The notes: generated by a model not told the origin, from the sequence alone. 24,477 nucleotides of DNA from Phycisphaerae bacterium (GCA_030610965.1 JAUWQU010000001.1:1-24477); one strand, 5' to 3'; positions 1 to 8,793 are shown, counted from the first letter of the stretch. Made by a program: numbers and translations.

Positions 1-913
1 CCCCCCCCCCCAACTTTCTAATAATGCACCCCCCCCCCCGGAGCTGTCCAATCATTCCCACCTCCCCTCGGTCCCGATCAATCATTGAACCAGACCCACG
101 GCCCTGACCCAGCATGGAGCCAAGCCCGCGGCCCTGACCCAGCATGGAGCCAAGCCCACGGCCCCGGCCCAGCATGGAGCTAAGCCCGCGGCCCCGACCC
201 ATCATTGAGCCAGACCCGTAGCCTTGACCCATCGACCGTCCGAACATGCCGCCCATGCCCGACCTCATCGGCGTGCGGCGCGTGTCGCGGCGGTCGGTAT
301 CACGGCGATCCACCACTGCCCGCCCGAAGTCCGGCCGTCGGCTCGTGCGAGACGCATCCGGGCGCGGCTCGTCGCGCCTGGGCTGGTCGCGCCGTAATTC
401 CTCGAGGCGCCGTGTCTCGCGCCCCGCGGCCTCGCGCAGTTCCTCAATATGCCGCTGAAGCTCGCGGCGAGCCATTTCGAGTCGTTCGATATCGCGACGC
501 TGCGGCTCGCGGTCTGCCGCCTCGCGCGGTTGACTCTCTCGACGGTCGGTCTGACGGGCCTCGGGGCGCCGGGGTTCCCCCCGTCGCTCGCCCCCACGGC
601 GATCAGTCTGACGAAGTTCCTCTCTGCGGCGTTCTATCATCCGCCGCTGGGTTTCGCCAAGGTCGCCTTCGCGAGGTCCGCCGCGCCGGGGCTCCCCGCG
701 AACGCCTTCCGGCCCGAATACGCCTTGGTGGGCATCAACCACCAAGAGGTCCGCCCGCCCCATTTCCTCGGCGATCATCTTGGCGATATTCGAGTTGCCG
801 GCCGGGGCCAGCTCATCGGCTATGCGATCGACCGTCGCCTCGCCTGCCAATGCTGAGCAAGCCAGCAGCATCACCGCAACGCCCACCATCCACATTGTTC
901 CCTGGTGTCTCAT
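1..913 (-). CDS. Secreted low-complexity protein, 3'-truncated at the window edge (>=304 codons): signal peptide, Arg/Glu/Asp-rich region, C-terminal 10-aa Met/Gly/Arg repeats
   Basis: ATG at 913 with SD AAGGAG 7 nt upstream. Manual translation is open to the window edge, so the ORF track omits it. N-terminus MRHQGTMWMVGVAVMLLACSALA-GEA resembles a Sec signal peptide. Confidence 0.8.
   Translation of the reverse strand, partial: MRHQGTMWMVGVAVMLLACSALAGEATVDRIADELAPAGNSNIAKMIAEEMGRADLLVVDAHQGVFGPEGVRGEPRRGGPREGDLGETQRRMIERRREELRQTDRRGGERRGEPRRPEARQTDRRESQPREAADREPQRRDIERLEMARRELQRHIEELREAAGRETRRLEELRRDQPRRDEPRPDASRTSRRPDFGRAVVDRRDTDRRDTRRTPMRSGMGGMFGRSMGQGYGSGSMMGRGRGLSSMLGRGRGLGSMLGQGRGLGSMLGQGRGSGSMIDRDRGEVGMIGQLRGGGCIIRKLGGG
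29..235 (-). repeat. Coding tandem repeat, 30-bp unit, about 7 copies
   Basis: In-frame ATGs recur every 30 nt (205, 175, 145, 115, 85, 55). Units: SMGQGYGSGS, MMGRGRGLSS, MLGRGRGLGS, MLGQGRGLGS, MLGQGRGSGS, MIDRDRGEVG, MIGQLRGGG. Confidence 0.9.
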
Positions 914-1115
914 AGTCGTTCTCCTTGCCATAGTTACCCACGTGCGTCCTAATCACATGCATGAAAGACCCGTTTAGCCGCCCGCGCGCCCAGATGTCGA
1001 CCAGGCTTTTTATCGGCCAGGCGAAGAAGTGTACATGAGTTCCCAAGCCCAGCCGCGCCGTCATGACTATAAACGCCTGCGCCGCGGGGTTATTGCCGCC
1101 GCTTTGCGCCGGGCC

Positions 1116-1144
1116 TTGTCGCAGCCGTCCCGCGGGCGTATCAT
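1116..1144 (+). promoter_or_regulatory. Putative sigma70 promoter giving a probably leaderless transcript of the GT4 gene
   Basis: TTGTCG (1116-1121), 17-nt spacer, TATCAT (1139-1144). ATG at 1152 lies 7 nt downstream with no SD. Confidence 0.5.
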
Positions 1145-1151
1145 CTCGTCA

Positions 1152-2210
1152 ATGATCGAGGCGCTGCACATTGTCGACAACCGCGCCCGGCCGGACATAC
1201 TCGAACAACTCGACATGCTGGCCGGGGCGGGCGAGCGGATTCTCTCGGCCGGGCCGCCCCCGGCTGGGATGGCTCGCCCGGTAAAGCCCGTGCATTGCAC
1301 GATGGGATCGGCCCGGCTGGCGGGATGGCGAATGCGCGAGCTGGCCGGGGCCGCACAGGTCATCCATGCATGGTCCGCCCAGGCGCTCTGGGCCGGGCGG
1401 GAATTGGCCCTGGCGACGGGGCGGGCGCTGGTGCTGACCATCCCGGCCGCGCCGACGACGCCGGATAACTGGAAAACCCTTCGTCGGGCCGTGGGGCCCG
1501 GGCTTGTCAACGTGGTGGCCCCGACGGATTTCGCCCGCCGCCAGCTCATCGCCGGGCAACTGCCCGCGCGTTTCTGCCATGCCCTGCCGCCCGCGGCAAG
1601 GGCTCTGGCCAGGCCGGACGAGGCCCGCGGCGAGGTCCGCGGGGCACTGGGCATCGACGCGGGCACGAAGCTCCTTGTCGCGCCGGACCCGCTGGTTCGC
1701 TACGCCGGGCATGAGTACGCCTCGTGGTCCCACGCGATCCTGCGGCACGTCCCGCTGGATCTGAAGCTGGCGTTTCCGTCGTCCGGGCCGATGGCCGACC
1801 ACGTGAGATTCTTCGCCCATACGACGGGCTTCGACGCGGAGGTGCATTTTACGCACGGACGATTCTCCGTCGCCCAAGTCATTGCCGCGTCAGATATGAC
1901 GGTTTTCCCTCAAACGCGCGACGTAGGCGTGTTCACTATGGCGGCAGCCATGGCGGCAGGCCGAGCCATCGTCGCGTCGAACATCGGCGGCATGGCCGAA
2001 CTGGCCGACGACGGCGAGGCCGCTACGCTGATTGAGCCCGGCCCGAGAGAGACCTCGGCCGGCCTGCTCAAGCTGGCCGATGACGACGATCTTGCCCGCC
2101 GCCTTGGCCGAGCGGCCCGCGACAGGGCCGCCAGGATGTTCGATCCGGCGGCCGTGGCGGCAAAACTCCAGGCAATCTACGCCGCCGCTCTGGAGACCAA
2201 GGCACACTGA
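1152..2210 (+). CDS. Glycosyltransferase family 4 (GT-B fold) protein with degenerate EX7E motif
   Basis: C-terminal ASDMTVFP...AMAAGRAIVASNIGGMAELADDG is typical of Glycos_transf_1. Start moved from 1029 to 1152 on the basis of the promoter. Confidence 0.8.
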   Translation: MIEALHIVDNRARPDILEQLDMLAGAGERILSAGPPPAGMARPVKPVHCTMGSARLAGWRMRELAGAAQVIHAWSAQALWAGRELALATGRALVLTIPAAPTTPDNWKTLRRAVGPGLVNVVAPTDFARRQLIAGQLPARFCHALPPAARALARPDEARGEVRGALGIDAGTKLLVAPDPLVRYAGHEYASWSHAILRHVPLDLKLAFPSSGPMADHVRFFAHTTGFDAEVHFTHGRFSVAQVIAASDMTVFPQTRDVGVFTMAAAMAAGRAIVASNIGGMAELADDGEAATLIEPGPRETSAGLLKLADDDDLARRLGRAARDRAARMFDPAAVAAKLQAIYAAALETKAH

Positions 2211-2322
2211 GCCCGCGGCATGCTCGACGCGTTGCCCCTTGGGTCCGGGCCCTTGGGGCGGTTATAATCCCGGTTCCGGCAGGGCAGGCCCGGTTGACCT
2301 GTGCGGCTGCAGCGCCCGAGAA

Positions 2323-4101
2323 ATGACTGAAATGGCCCCAACACGGCAGCAAGCGTCGGTTACCCCGGCCGCTCTCGGCAAGGTCGTCTATGCCGACGAA
2401 GCGGCCGAGTCGATGCTGCGCGATCGTGTCGGCGAGCTTTATGCCCCCACCGAGGTTGCCTGGGAACAGGTCAAGCACAACGACTCGCGAACGGTCTACC
2501 GCGGATCTATCGACGGGCAGTTGATCTACCTCAAGCATTTCCACAGTCGCTCTCCGTTGCACCGATTCATGCGCCGGCTTGGCAGCAGCGACGCGATGAG
2601 AGAGATGCGTTTCAGCCGGCACCTGCAAGACCGCGGCGTGCCGACGGCCGAGGCACTGGCCGCCACGTGCGCCAACGGCGTGGAGTGGCTCGCCACGCGC
2701 GCCGTCGCCCCGGCCATGCCCGCCGACGCATGGCACGCCCAGCAGCTCGCCCTCGGCCAGGCCGGCCAAAAGAGGATCGACCGCGTGATCGCGGAGCTCG
2801 GCCGAATGGTAGGCCGAATGCACGCCGCGGGCATCATCCATAGCGACCTGCACTGCGGGAATGTGATGGTCCGCACGGACGGCGACCCCGACGGCCCGGT
2901 AAAGCTGGTGCTGATGGACCTTCACCGCGCAAGTATGCGGCGGAAGCTCTCTCGCGGGGCGCGGTCGAAGAACCTCGCCCAGTTGCTGCACGACCGCTAC
3001 TACATCACGACCCGCGCGCAGCAGATCCGGTTCCTCAAGCATTACCTCAAGGCCAGCGGCGCGGCAGGCTCGATCAGGGGCTGGCAGATGCTCATCGAGC
3101 ACTTCGCCCAGATGCACTCGCGCCGCCAGCACAACCAGCGCGACCGCCGCGTGTTCCGCGACGGCAAATACTTCAGCCGGATCCGCCTGCCAGGCGCATG
3201 GCGCGGCTGCGTCGTGCTGGCGTCCAAACGCCACATGGCAGGCAGCGTGGGCGCCAGTTGCGAGTTCACCGTCGAGCAGTGGCAAGCAGCCCTTGCCGAC
3301 CCGCCAAGTCTGCTGGAAAGCGACGGCGCCGTGGTCTACAAGGAAGGCAAGTCCAGCCGGGTGATACGGCGGAAGATAACCGTGGGCCAGCGCGAGCTGG
3401 ACGTGTTCGTCAAGCAGACGATCCAGAAGCGGCGGTGGAAGCTCCTGCTGGACTGCCTTCGCCCGGCCAGGCCCACTCGAGCGTTCTCGCTGGGCCATTC
3501 GCTGCTGACGCGGCGGATCGCCACCGCCCTGCCGCTGGCGGCCCTGGAAAGGCGAGTCGGGCCGGTCCTGCTGGACAGCATCCTGATAACCGAGGCCGTC
3601 GACGCACAACGGATGGACACGTTCCTGGAGACCTGGCTGGGCGAGACGCCAAATGGCGACTCGCCACTGACGGTCAACCAACGCCGCCTGCTGGGGCGAG
3701 AGGTGCTCTGGCAACTCGGCAGACTGCTCCAGCGCCTCCACGACTACCGCTTCGCACACCGAGACCTCAAGGCAACCAACCTGCTCGTCCGCTGGTCGCC
3801 GGGCCAAAGCCCGGAGATCGTCCTGGTGGACCTCGACGGCCTGTCGCGCCGGATGATGATGACCGCGCGATGCCGCTTCCAGGGGCTCATGCGGCTGAAC
3901 GTCTCGCTGCTGAAGTGCCCGGCCGTCAACCGCGCGGGCCGGCTGAGAATGCTAATGGGCTACCTGCGGCGAATCGGCACGGGGCGAGTGGCGTTCAAGC
4001 CGTACTGGCGGACGCTAGAACAGTGGTCCGGCAAGAAGCTTCGCCAGCAGATCCGCGTCAGACGCCGGGCGCAGAAGGCCGTGCGGAGGCCAAACCAATG
4101 A
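2323..4101 (+). CDS. Lipopolysaccharide kinase (Kdo/WaaP/InaA-like) family protein with two tandem kinase domains
   Basis: Two catalytic sets: IIHSDLHCGNVMV...LMDLH and FAHRDLKATNLLV...LVDLD. Lies next to a GT9 gene. Start could be 2323 or 2332. Confidence 0.85.
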   Translation: MTEMAPTRQQASVTPAALGKVVYADEAAESMLRDRVGELYAPTEVAWEQVKHNDSRTVYRGSIDGQLIYLKHFHSRSPLHRFMRRLGSSDAMREMRFSRHLQDRGVPTAEALAATCANGVEWLATRAVAPAMPADAWHAQQLALGQAGQKRIDRVIAELGRMVGRMHAAGIIHSDLHCGNVMVRTDGDPDGPVKLVLMDLHRASMRRKLSRGARSKNLAQLLHDRYYITTRAQQIRFLKHYLKASGAAGSIRGWQMLIEHFAQMHSRRQHNQRDRRVFRDGKYFSRIRLPGAWRGCVVLASKRHMAGSVGASCEFTVEQWQAALADPPSLLESDGAVVYKEGKSSRVIRRKITVGQRELDVFVKQTIQKRRWKLLLDCLRPARPTRAFSLGHSLLTRRIATALPLAALERRVGPVLLDSILITEAVDAQRMDTFLETWLGETPNGDSPLTVNQRRLLGREVLWQLGRLLQRLHDYRFAHRDLKATNLLVRWSPGQSPEIVLVDLDGLSRRMMMTARCRFQGLMRLNVSLLKCPAVNRAGRLRMLMGYLRRIGTGRVAFKPYWRTLEQWSGKKLRQQIRVRRRAQKAVRRPNQ

Positions 4102-5174
4102 CCGTCGCGCGGATTCGCAGCCTCGATCAGGCGCCCGAAAAGGTGCTCATCATCAAGCCAAGCGCGCTGGGCGACGTCGTCACGGCCTTGCCCGTGCTGC
4201 GGGCGCTGCGGCGGAAGTTCCCTCAGGCCCGCCTGAGTTGGCTTATCAGCACGAACTGCGCTTCGCTGATGGCCGGCGACGCGGACCTCGACGAGATCGT
4301 GCCCTTCCATCGCCGCAGGCTTGGCCGGGCGTGGCGGTCCGCCGGGGCGGCCGCGGCGCTGGCGGGGCTGGTCAAGGCCCTCAGGCGGGCCCGCTACGAC
4401 TGGGTGATCGACCTTCAGGGCCTGTTTCGCAGCGGCTTTTTCGCCCGAGTCACCGGCGCGCCGATTCGGGCGGGTTTCGCCAACGCCCGCGAGTGCGCCT
4501 GGATGTTCTACACGCACCGTCTGCTGCCGAAGTCCGAGCACACGGTAGACCGCAACATCGAAGTCGCCGCAATGCTCGGCCTCGACGCCCGGCGGGAGGA
4601 CATGACGCTGAGCGTCTCTGCCGAGGGCGAGGCCTTCGGCGAGAGCTTCCGCGCCAGGTGCGAGGTCGCGGGCCGACCCTATCTGGTGTTCGTCCCGCCG
4701 ACGCGATGGGAAACCAAGCTGTACCCCGTGCGGCACTGGCGGACGCTGGCGGCCGCACTTGCCAAACGCGTGCCTATCGCTCTTGTCGGCACGGCCGGTG
4801 ACGCCGAGATGTGCTCGCGGATCGCCCGGTCAGCCGCACCCGGCGTGATAAACCTTGCCGGGCAAACGACCATCCAGCAGATGGTCGGCCTGATCGCGGC
4901 CTCGGCGTGCGTGGTATGCAGCGACTCGGCCGCCCAGCACATTGCCCAGGCCGTCGGGACCGACGCGGTGGTGCTCATCGGCCCGACCCGCCCGCGGCGC
5001 ACCGGGCCTATCCTTCAGGGCCGGTGCGTGATAGCCCCAGTTCCCTGCCAGGGCTGCCTGAGGCGCACCTGCCGACACGTCACGTGCATGCAGGCAATCG
5101 ACCCGCAATCCGTCACAGCCGCCGTCGAAGAATCGCTGGCAGGCCGGAGCGAAACATGCCGTACCGCTACGTAG
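4098..5174 (+). CDS. Glycosyltransferase family 9 (LPS heptosyltransferase WaaC/WaaF-like)
   Basis: KVLIIKPSALGDVVTALPVLRALRRKFPQARLSW, VIDLQGLFRSG, DSAAQHIAQAVG. ATGA overlap with the kinase stop codon. Confidence 0.9.
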   Translation: MTVARIRSLDQAPEKVLIIKPSALGDVVTALPVLRALRRKFPQARLSWLISTNCASLMAGDADLDEIVPFHRRRLGRAWRSAGAAAALAGLVKALRRARYDWVIDLQGLFRSGFFARVTGAPIRAGFANARECAWMFYTHRLLPKSEHTVDRNIEVAAMLGLDARREDMTLSVSAEGEAFGESFRARCEVAGRPYLVFVPPTRWETKLYPVRHWRTLAAALAKRVPIALVGTAGDAEMCSRIARSAAPGVINLAGQTTIQQMVGLIAASACVVCSDSAAQHIAQAVGTDAVVLIGPTRPRRTGPILQGRCVIAPVPCQGCLRRTCRHVTCMQAIDPQSVTAAVEESLAGRSETCRTAT

Positions 5175-5737
5175 CCAGGCAAGTCAAGCGGTTCTTCATC
5201 TACCGCGTCCTTCACGTGGACGACACGCCTCATCGCATCGCCCTGGGCGTGGCGATAGGCATCTTCATCACTTGGACTCCGACGATCGGCCTGCAGATGG
5301 CGCTGACGGTCGCGCTTGCGGCCCTGCTGCGAGGCAACAAGGTCGTCGGCGTGCCGTTCGTGTGGATATCCAACCCGCTTACGCTCGTGCCCATCTACGG
5401 GCCCAACTACTGGCTGGGCACGAAAATCCTCGGCGGCGAATACGACTTCGATCGGTTCAGCCGGTTCGCTGCTGCGGCGACGGCGGGAGGAAACTGGTTC
5501 GAGCGCCTCGGCACGGCCTGGGACGCGACGTGGACGATATTCTGGCCTCTCTGGGTCGGTAGCGCGATCGTCGGCCTGGTCCTGGCCGTCATCACCTACT
5601 TCGCGATCCGCTACGCCGTGGTCAAATATCGCCGCTACTGGCACGAAAAACACCCCCGCCCACCGTGGGCCGACGAGCAGGCACGAACCGAGCCGGAGGC
5701 GGCCGAGCACACACCATCGGAACAGACCCAAGATTGA
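5156..5737 (+). CDS. DUF2062 family membrane protein
   Basis: DDTPHRIALGVAIGIFITWTPTIGLQ...N...WISNPLT..PIY pattern. Overlaps the GT9 stop. Confidence 0.85.
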   Translation: MPYRYVARQVKRFFIYRVLHVDDTPHRIALGVAIGIFITWTPTIGLQMALTVALAALLRGNKVVGVPFVWISNPLTLVPIYGPNYWLGTKILGGEYDFDRFSRFAAAATAGGNWFERLGTAWDATWTIFWPLWVGSAIVGLVLAVITYFAIRYAVVKYRRYWHEKHPRPPWADEQARTEPEAAEHTPSEQTQD

Positions 5738-5760
5738 CGCCTCTTCCTCCAGCGGTTTCG

Positions 5761-5769
5761 TGGTATAAT
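5761..5769 (+). promoter_or_regulatory. Extended -10 promoter element
   Basis: TGGTATAAT (TGn + TATAAT) 26 nt upstream of ATG 5795. Confidence 0.5.
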
Positions 5770-5794
5770 GGCTGTTAGCCAGGAGCAGTGGTTT

Positions 5795-6337
5795 ATGAGC
5801 ATCAGCCAGAAACAGAACGTCGGAGCGTTGAGGTTTTTCCTCTTCGACCGGCCGCTCCATCCGGAGTTGTTCCAGATATATCACGATCACCATATCATCA
5901 AGAAGGCCTACGAGGCCCAGATATGGGTGACCGGCTGTACGCACGTCATAAGCTTCCACCGCGACCGAAGCTCCCTGGTCGAGGTCACGGCCGGAACCGA
6001 GAACTACCTGCCTCAGCGCGGGCAACTGCTTGAGATTCCCTTCCGCGGCGAGCGCGACCACGAGCACAAGCGTGCCCAGGACATCAACTACATGATGAAC
6101 TTCCAGGTCGAGCGGATGAGCCCGGCCGTGTACTCGAAAACCCACCACGACCTGGCCCGGCTGGGCGCTCAGCGGGGCCTGTTCGTGCCGTTCCCCATGT
6201 GGATGACCAACTCGCTGACGCCGTTCACGTACATCGACTACGAGGCCAAGGTCAACGGGTTGCACGTGTTCACCTTCCACGCCTTCCCCGGCGAGTTGAC
6301 AATCGTCAAGACCCAGTCGATCTTCGAGCTATCCTGA
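5795..6337 (+). CDS. Conserved hypothetical protein, DUF2617-like
   Basis: SD AGGAG at 5781-5785. The LFDRPLHPELF...ITGCTHVISF-type pattern is recalled from planctomycete DUF2617 proteins and is not verified. Confidence 0.6.
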   Translation: MSISQKQNVGALRFFLFDRPLHPELFQIYHDHHIIKKAYEAQIWVTGCTHVISFHRDRSSLVEVTAGTENYLPQRGQLLEIPFRGERDHEHKRAQDINYMMNFQVERMSPAVYSKTHHDLARLGAQRGLFVPFPMWMTNSLTPFTYIDYEAKVNGLHVFTFHAFPGELTIVKTQSIFELS

Positions 6338-6450
6338 CGCTTCTTCAGGGCCGGTTGGATTTTTCTATCCCACGCGGACGCGTTTGAGCCTACAATCCGC
6401 CTCGTCGGGCCGCGCGCTCACCGGCAGCGACCCCAGTGCAGGAGCAGTAA

Positions 6451-6816
6451 ATGTCGAACGAACGCTTGACCATAACCAGCCAGGGCGATATCTCGGTGGT
6501 CACGTTCCTCGGGACCACCGTGCTGGACCTTTCCACGTCCGAGGACGTCCGAAAGAACCTGCTCAAGCTCGCCAACAGCCCCCCGCCACCGAAGATCATC
6601 GTGGACTTCACGGCCGTGAGGTTCCTGGCGTCCCGAATGCTGGGTGTGCTGGTCGAGCTCAGCCGGCGGGCGGAGACCGGCAAGGGCAAAGTCGTCATCA
6701 CCGGCCTGCACGGGGATGTGTCGAAGGTATTCCAGATCACCAAACTCAGCAGGCTGCTTCACTGCGCCGCGAGCCTCGACGAAGCCACGGGCCTGCTTGG
6801 CAAAGTTGGAAGCTAG
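6451..6816 (+). CDS. STAS-domain anti-sigma factor antagonist
   Basis: SD AGGAG. KIIVDFTAVRFLASRMLGVL...GKVVITGLHGDVSKVFQITKLSRL matches the SpoIIAA/RsbV pattern. Confidence 0.9.
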   Translation: MSNERLTITSQGDISVVTFLGTTVLDLSTSEDVRKNLLKLANSPPPPKIIVDFTAVRFLASRMLGVLVELSRRAETGKGKVVITGLHGDVSKVFQITKLSRLLHCAASLDEATGLLGKVGS

Positions 6817-6872
6817 TCGGCCGGCCCGCACCCGCTGCGCATCCGGCCCCGACCAACAGGGAGGCGCAACCA

Positions 6873-7889
6873 ATGTCGAAATCCGGCCTGGTCGTCACCG
6901 AGAAAGATGGCGCGTGCGTTGTGGATTTTCGCGACGAGAGCGTCCTGGACGGCAAGGCCGTCCCAGCCGTCACCGAGGACCTCTTCGACCTCGTGGACAA
7001 TCGCGGTCACGCGAAGATACTTCTGGACCTCTCGGCCGTGCGGTTCCTGTCATCGCCGATGATCGGCACGCTGGTTGCGATGCACAAGAAGGCGGTCGAC
7101 CGCGGCGGCGAGGCCGTGCTGTGCGGGCTGTCGGCCAACCTTCACAGGGTCTTCCAGGTCTCCCGGCTGGACACGGTGCTTCGGTTCGCCGCGTCCGCAC
7201 AAGCTGGCGCGCGGTTCTTCGATGAGCCGGGTGGGCAGGCCGCTGCCGGAACGCCGGCCGAGCCGGCGCCGCCGAGCCGATTCGCCGGGATCGTCGCCAG
7301 GCAGGTCCGCATCATGTTCTCCGGGGCTATGGTCCTTGTTCCCCTGGCCATTACGGTATGGGTGGTCTGGTCGCTGGGCGCCTGGCTGGATGAGCTGGGA
7401 ACGAGGCTGTTCTCCGAGGACGCCGAGACGCCCATCGGCATCGGCGTGCTGATAGTCATCGGCGCGATCTACCTCGTCGGCCTGCTGACGCACCTGTGGC
7501 TGTTCCGCGGCGCGTTCGGGCTTGTCGAGCGGCTTTTTACCCGCCTGCCTGGCGTCAAGATGATCTACGAATCCGTCCGCGACCTGCTGAAGCTCTTCGG
7601 CGGCGACTCGCAACAGATGGGCCGGGTCGTGCAGTACAGCGTGCCCGGCACGGACATGTCGCTGCTGGGAATACTGACCAACGAGAACCCCTTCGGCCTG
7701 CCGACCGACAGCCCGCACCGCAAGGTGGCCATCTACGTGCCCTACAGCTACATGTTCGGCGGGCCGACGTTCTTCGCCTCGCCCGAGCACATCGTCGACG
7801 TCGACATGTCCGTCGAGGAGTGCATGAAGACCGCCGCCACCGCCATGGTCGGCAGCCAGGCCATCCTAAAGCAACCAAAGAAGAAGTAG
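6873..7889 (+). CDS. STAS domain - DUF502 (COV1-like) membrane protein fusion
   Basis: SD GGGAGG upstream of ATG 6873. N-terminal STAS (ILLDLSAVRFLSSPMIGTL), Pro/Ala linker, then DUF502 motifs (LVPLAITVWVV, RLPGVKMIYESVRDL, DMSVEECMK). Confidence 0.8.
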   Translation: MSKSGLVVTEKDGACVVDFRDESVLDGKAVPAVTEDLFDLVDNRGHAKILLDLSAVRFLSSPMIGTLVAMHKKAVDRGGEAVLCGLSANLHRVFQVSRLDTVLRFAASAQAGARFFDEPGGQAAAGTPAEPAPPSRFAGIVARQVRIMFSGAMVLVPLAITVWVVWSLGAWLDELGTRLFSEDAETPIGIGVLIVIGAIYLVGLLTHLWLFRGAFGLVERLFTRLPGVKMIYESVRDLLKLFGGDSQQMGRVVQYSVPGTDMSLLGILTNENPFGLPTDSPHRKVAIYVPYSYMFGGPTFFASPEHIVDVDMSVEECMKTAATAMVGSQAILKQPKKK

Positions 7890-8008
7890 ACTCCGGTTTG
7901 CGGTAGATCGCCAACCCCCGCGAGGCCTGCTCGCTTCTGCGAGCAACTCGTCCTCGCCCAGGATCTGGGGCGACCAACGCCCCGAACTCGCAGCCGCGGA
8001 GAGTTCCA

Positions 8009-8037
8009 TTGACTTCGGACGGGCTGGTTCTTAGCGT
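8009..8037 (+). promoter_or_regulatory. Putative sigma70 promoter of the methyltransferase gene
   Basis: TTGACT, 17-nt spacer, TAGCGT. Confidence 0.4.
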
Positions 8038-8128
8038 GGGTGGTTTCCGATGGCCCTTCGGGACAGTGTGTTACCGCACCGAAAGGACATGCAGAACTGG
8101 CCGACCTGTGCCGGTGGCCAGCAACAGG

Positions 8129-8737
8129 ATGTACAGCGTGAGTATACGGAAAGTAAGAGTGCTGCTGTTGCGCCTGTTTGCCATTCCGTTCATCTTGCTG
8201 GCGGTCTTCGTAAGGCCCTCCTGGCCAACCGAGTCACAAACCGGGTTCTCCGTCGAGTTTGTTGGATACATATTCCTTCTCGCGGGCCTGGCCATCCGAA
8301 TCTGGTCGATTCTCTATGTCGGGGGCCGCAAGTCACATCAACTCGTGACAGACGGCCCTTACTCCATCTGCCGGAACCCTCTCTATATCGGCACGTTCAT
8401 CCTGGCCGTTGGAACTGGGCTGTGCTTTGAGAACATCCCGATGCTCGCGGCCATCCTGCTCGTTTTCGTGCCGGTGCATCTGGTTGTGGTGCGGCTGGAG
8501 GAAAAGCATCTCGAAACGCTATTCCCCACGGAGTACGCCCTCTACAAGCAGAAAGTTCCCAGGTTCAGGCCTTCACTTCGAAACTTCAAACAAAAGAAGG
8601 AAGTGGTGGTCTCGGTTCGAGCGATCCGGCGCATCATGGTGGACACGATTGCCGTTCTTATGATTCCCCAGATCGAGGACTTCCTGGAGGTCCTGCAAGC
8701 AAATAGCGTCATCCCGGTGCTGTGGCATTTCCCGTAG
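8129..8737 (+). CDS. Isoprenylcysteine carboxyl methyltransferase (ICMT/PEMT) family membrane protein
   Basis: QLVTDGPYSICRNPLYIG...EEKHL...EYALYKQKVPRF signature. Confidence 0.9.
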   Translation: MYSVSIRKVRVLLLRLFAIPFILLAVFVRPSWPTESQTGFSVEFVGYIFLLAGLAIRIWSILYVGGRKSHQLVTDGPYSICRNPLYIGTFILAVGTGLCFENIPMLAAILLVFVPVHLVVVRLEEKHLETLFPTEYALYKQKVPRFRPSLRNFKQKKEVVVSVRAIRRIMVDTIAVLMIPQIEDFLEVLQANSVIPVLWHFP

Positions 8738-8793
8738 GCTGCTTGATTCTTGAACTGCCTGCCACTGCCTGACTGCTGCATTCCTCCGCCCAT

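Noticed and set aside
1-40. Poly-C runs (11 nt each) at the window start
   Set aside because: Probably poly-G read artefact or low-quality contig end; the last residues of the first CDS are unreliable.
205-915. 236-aa plus-strand ORF and overlapping 246..458, 449..856 and 265..597 ORFs
   Set aside because: Shadows of the minus-strand gene starting at 913, which has an SD and signal peptide.
2068-3807. 579-aa minus-strand ORF (likewise 5015..6280, 17011..18009, 19902..21791, 22064..22924)
   Set aside because: Antisense shadows of well-supported genes in high-GC DNA, with no recognisable motifs.
5734-5769. TTGACG plus TATAAT as a -35/-10 pair
   Set aside because: The 24-nt spacer is too long; only the extended -10 is kept.
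2032-7889. Long N-terminal extensions in the ORF track (2032, 3198, 4811, 6384 starts) suggesting larger fusions
   Set aside because: The extensions overlap real upstream genes in other frames; SD or ATGA coupling supports 2323, 4098, 5156 and 6873.
8038-8128. Possible riboswitch in the methyltransferase leader
   Set aside because: Only short GC hairpins; no SAM or other aptamer consensus recognised.
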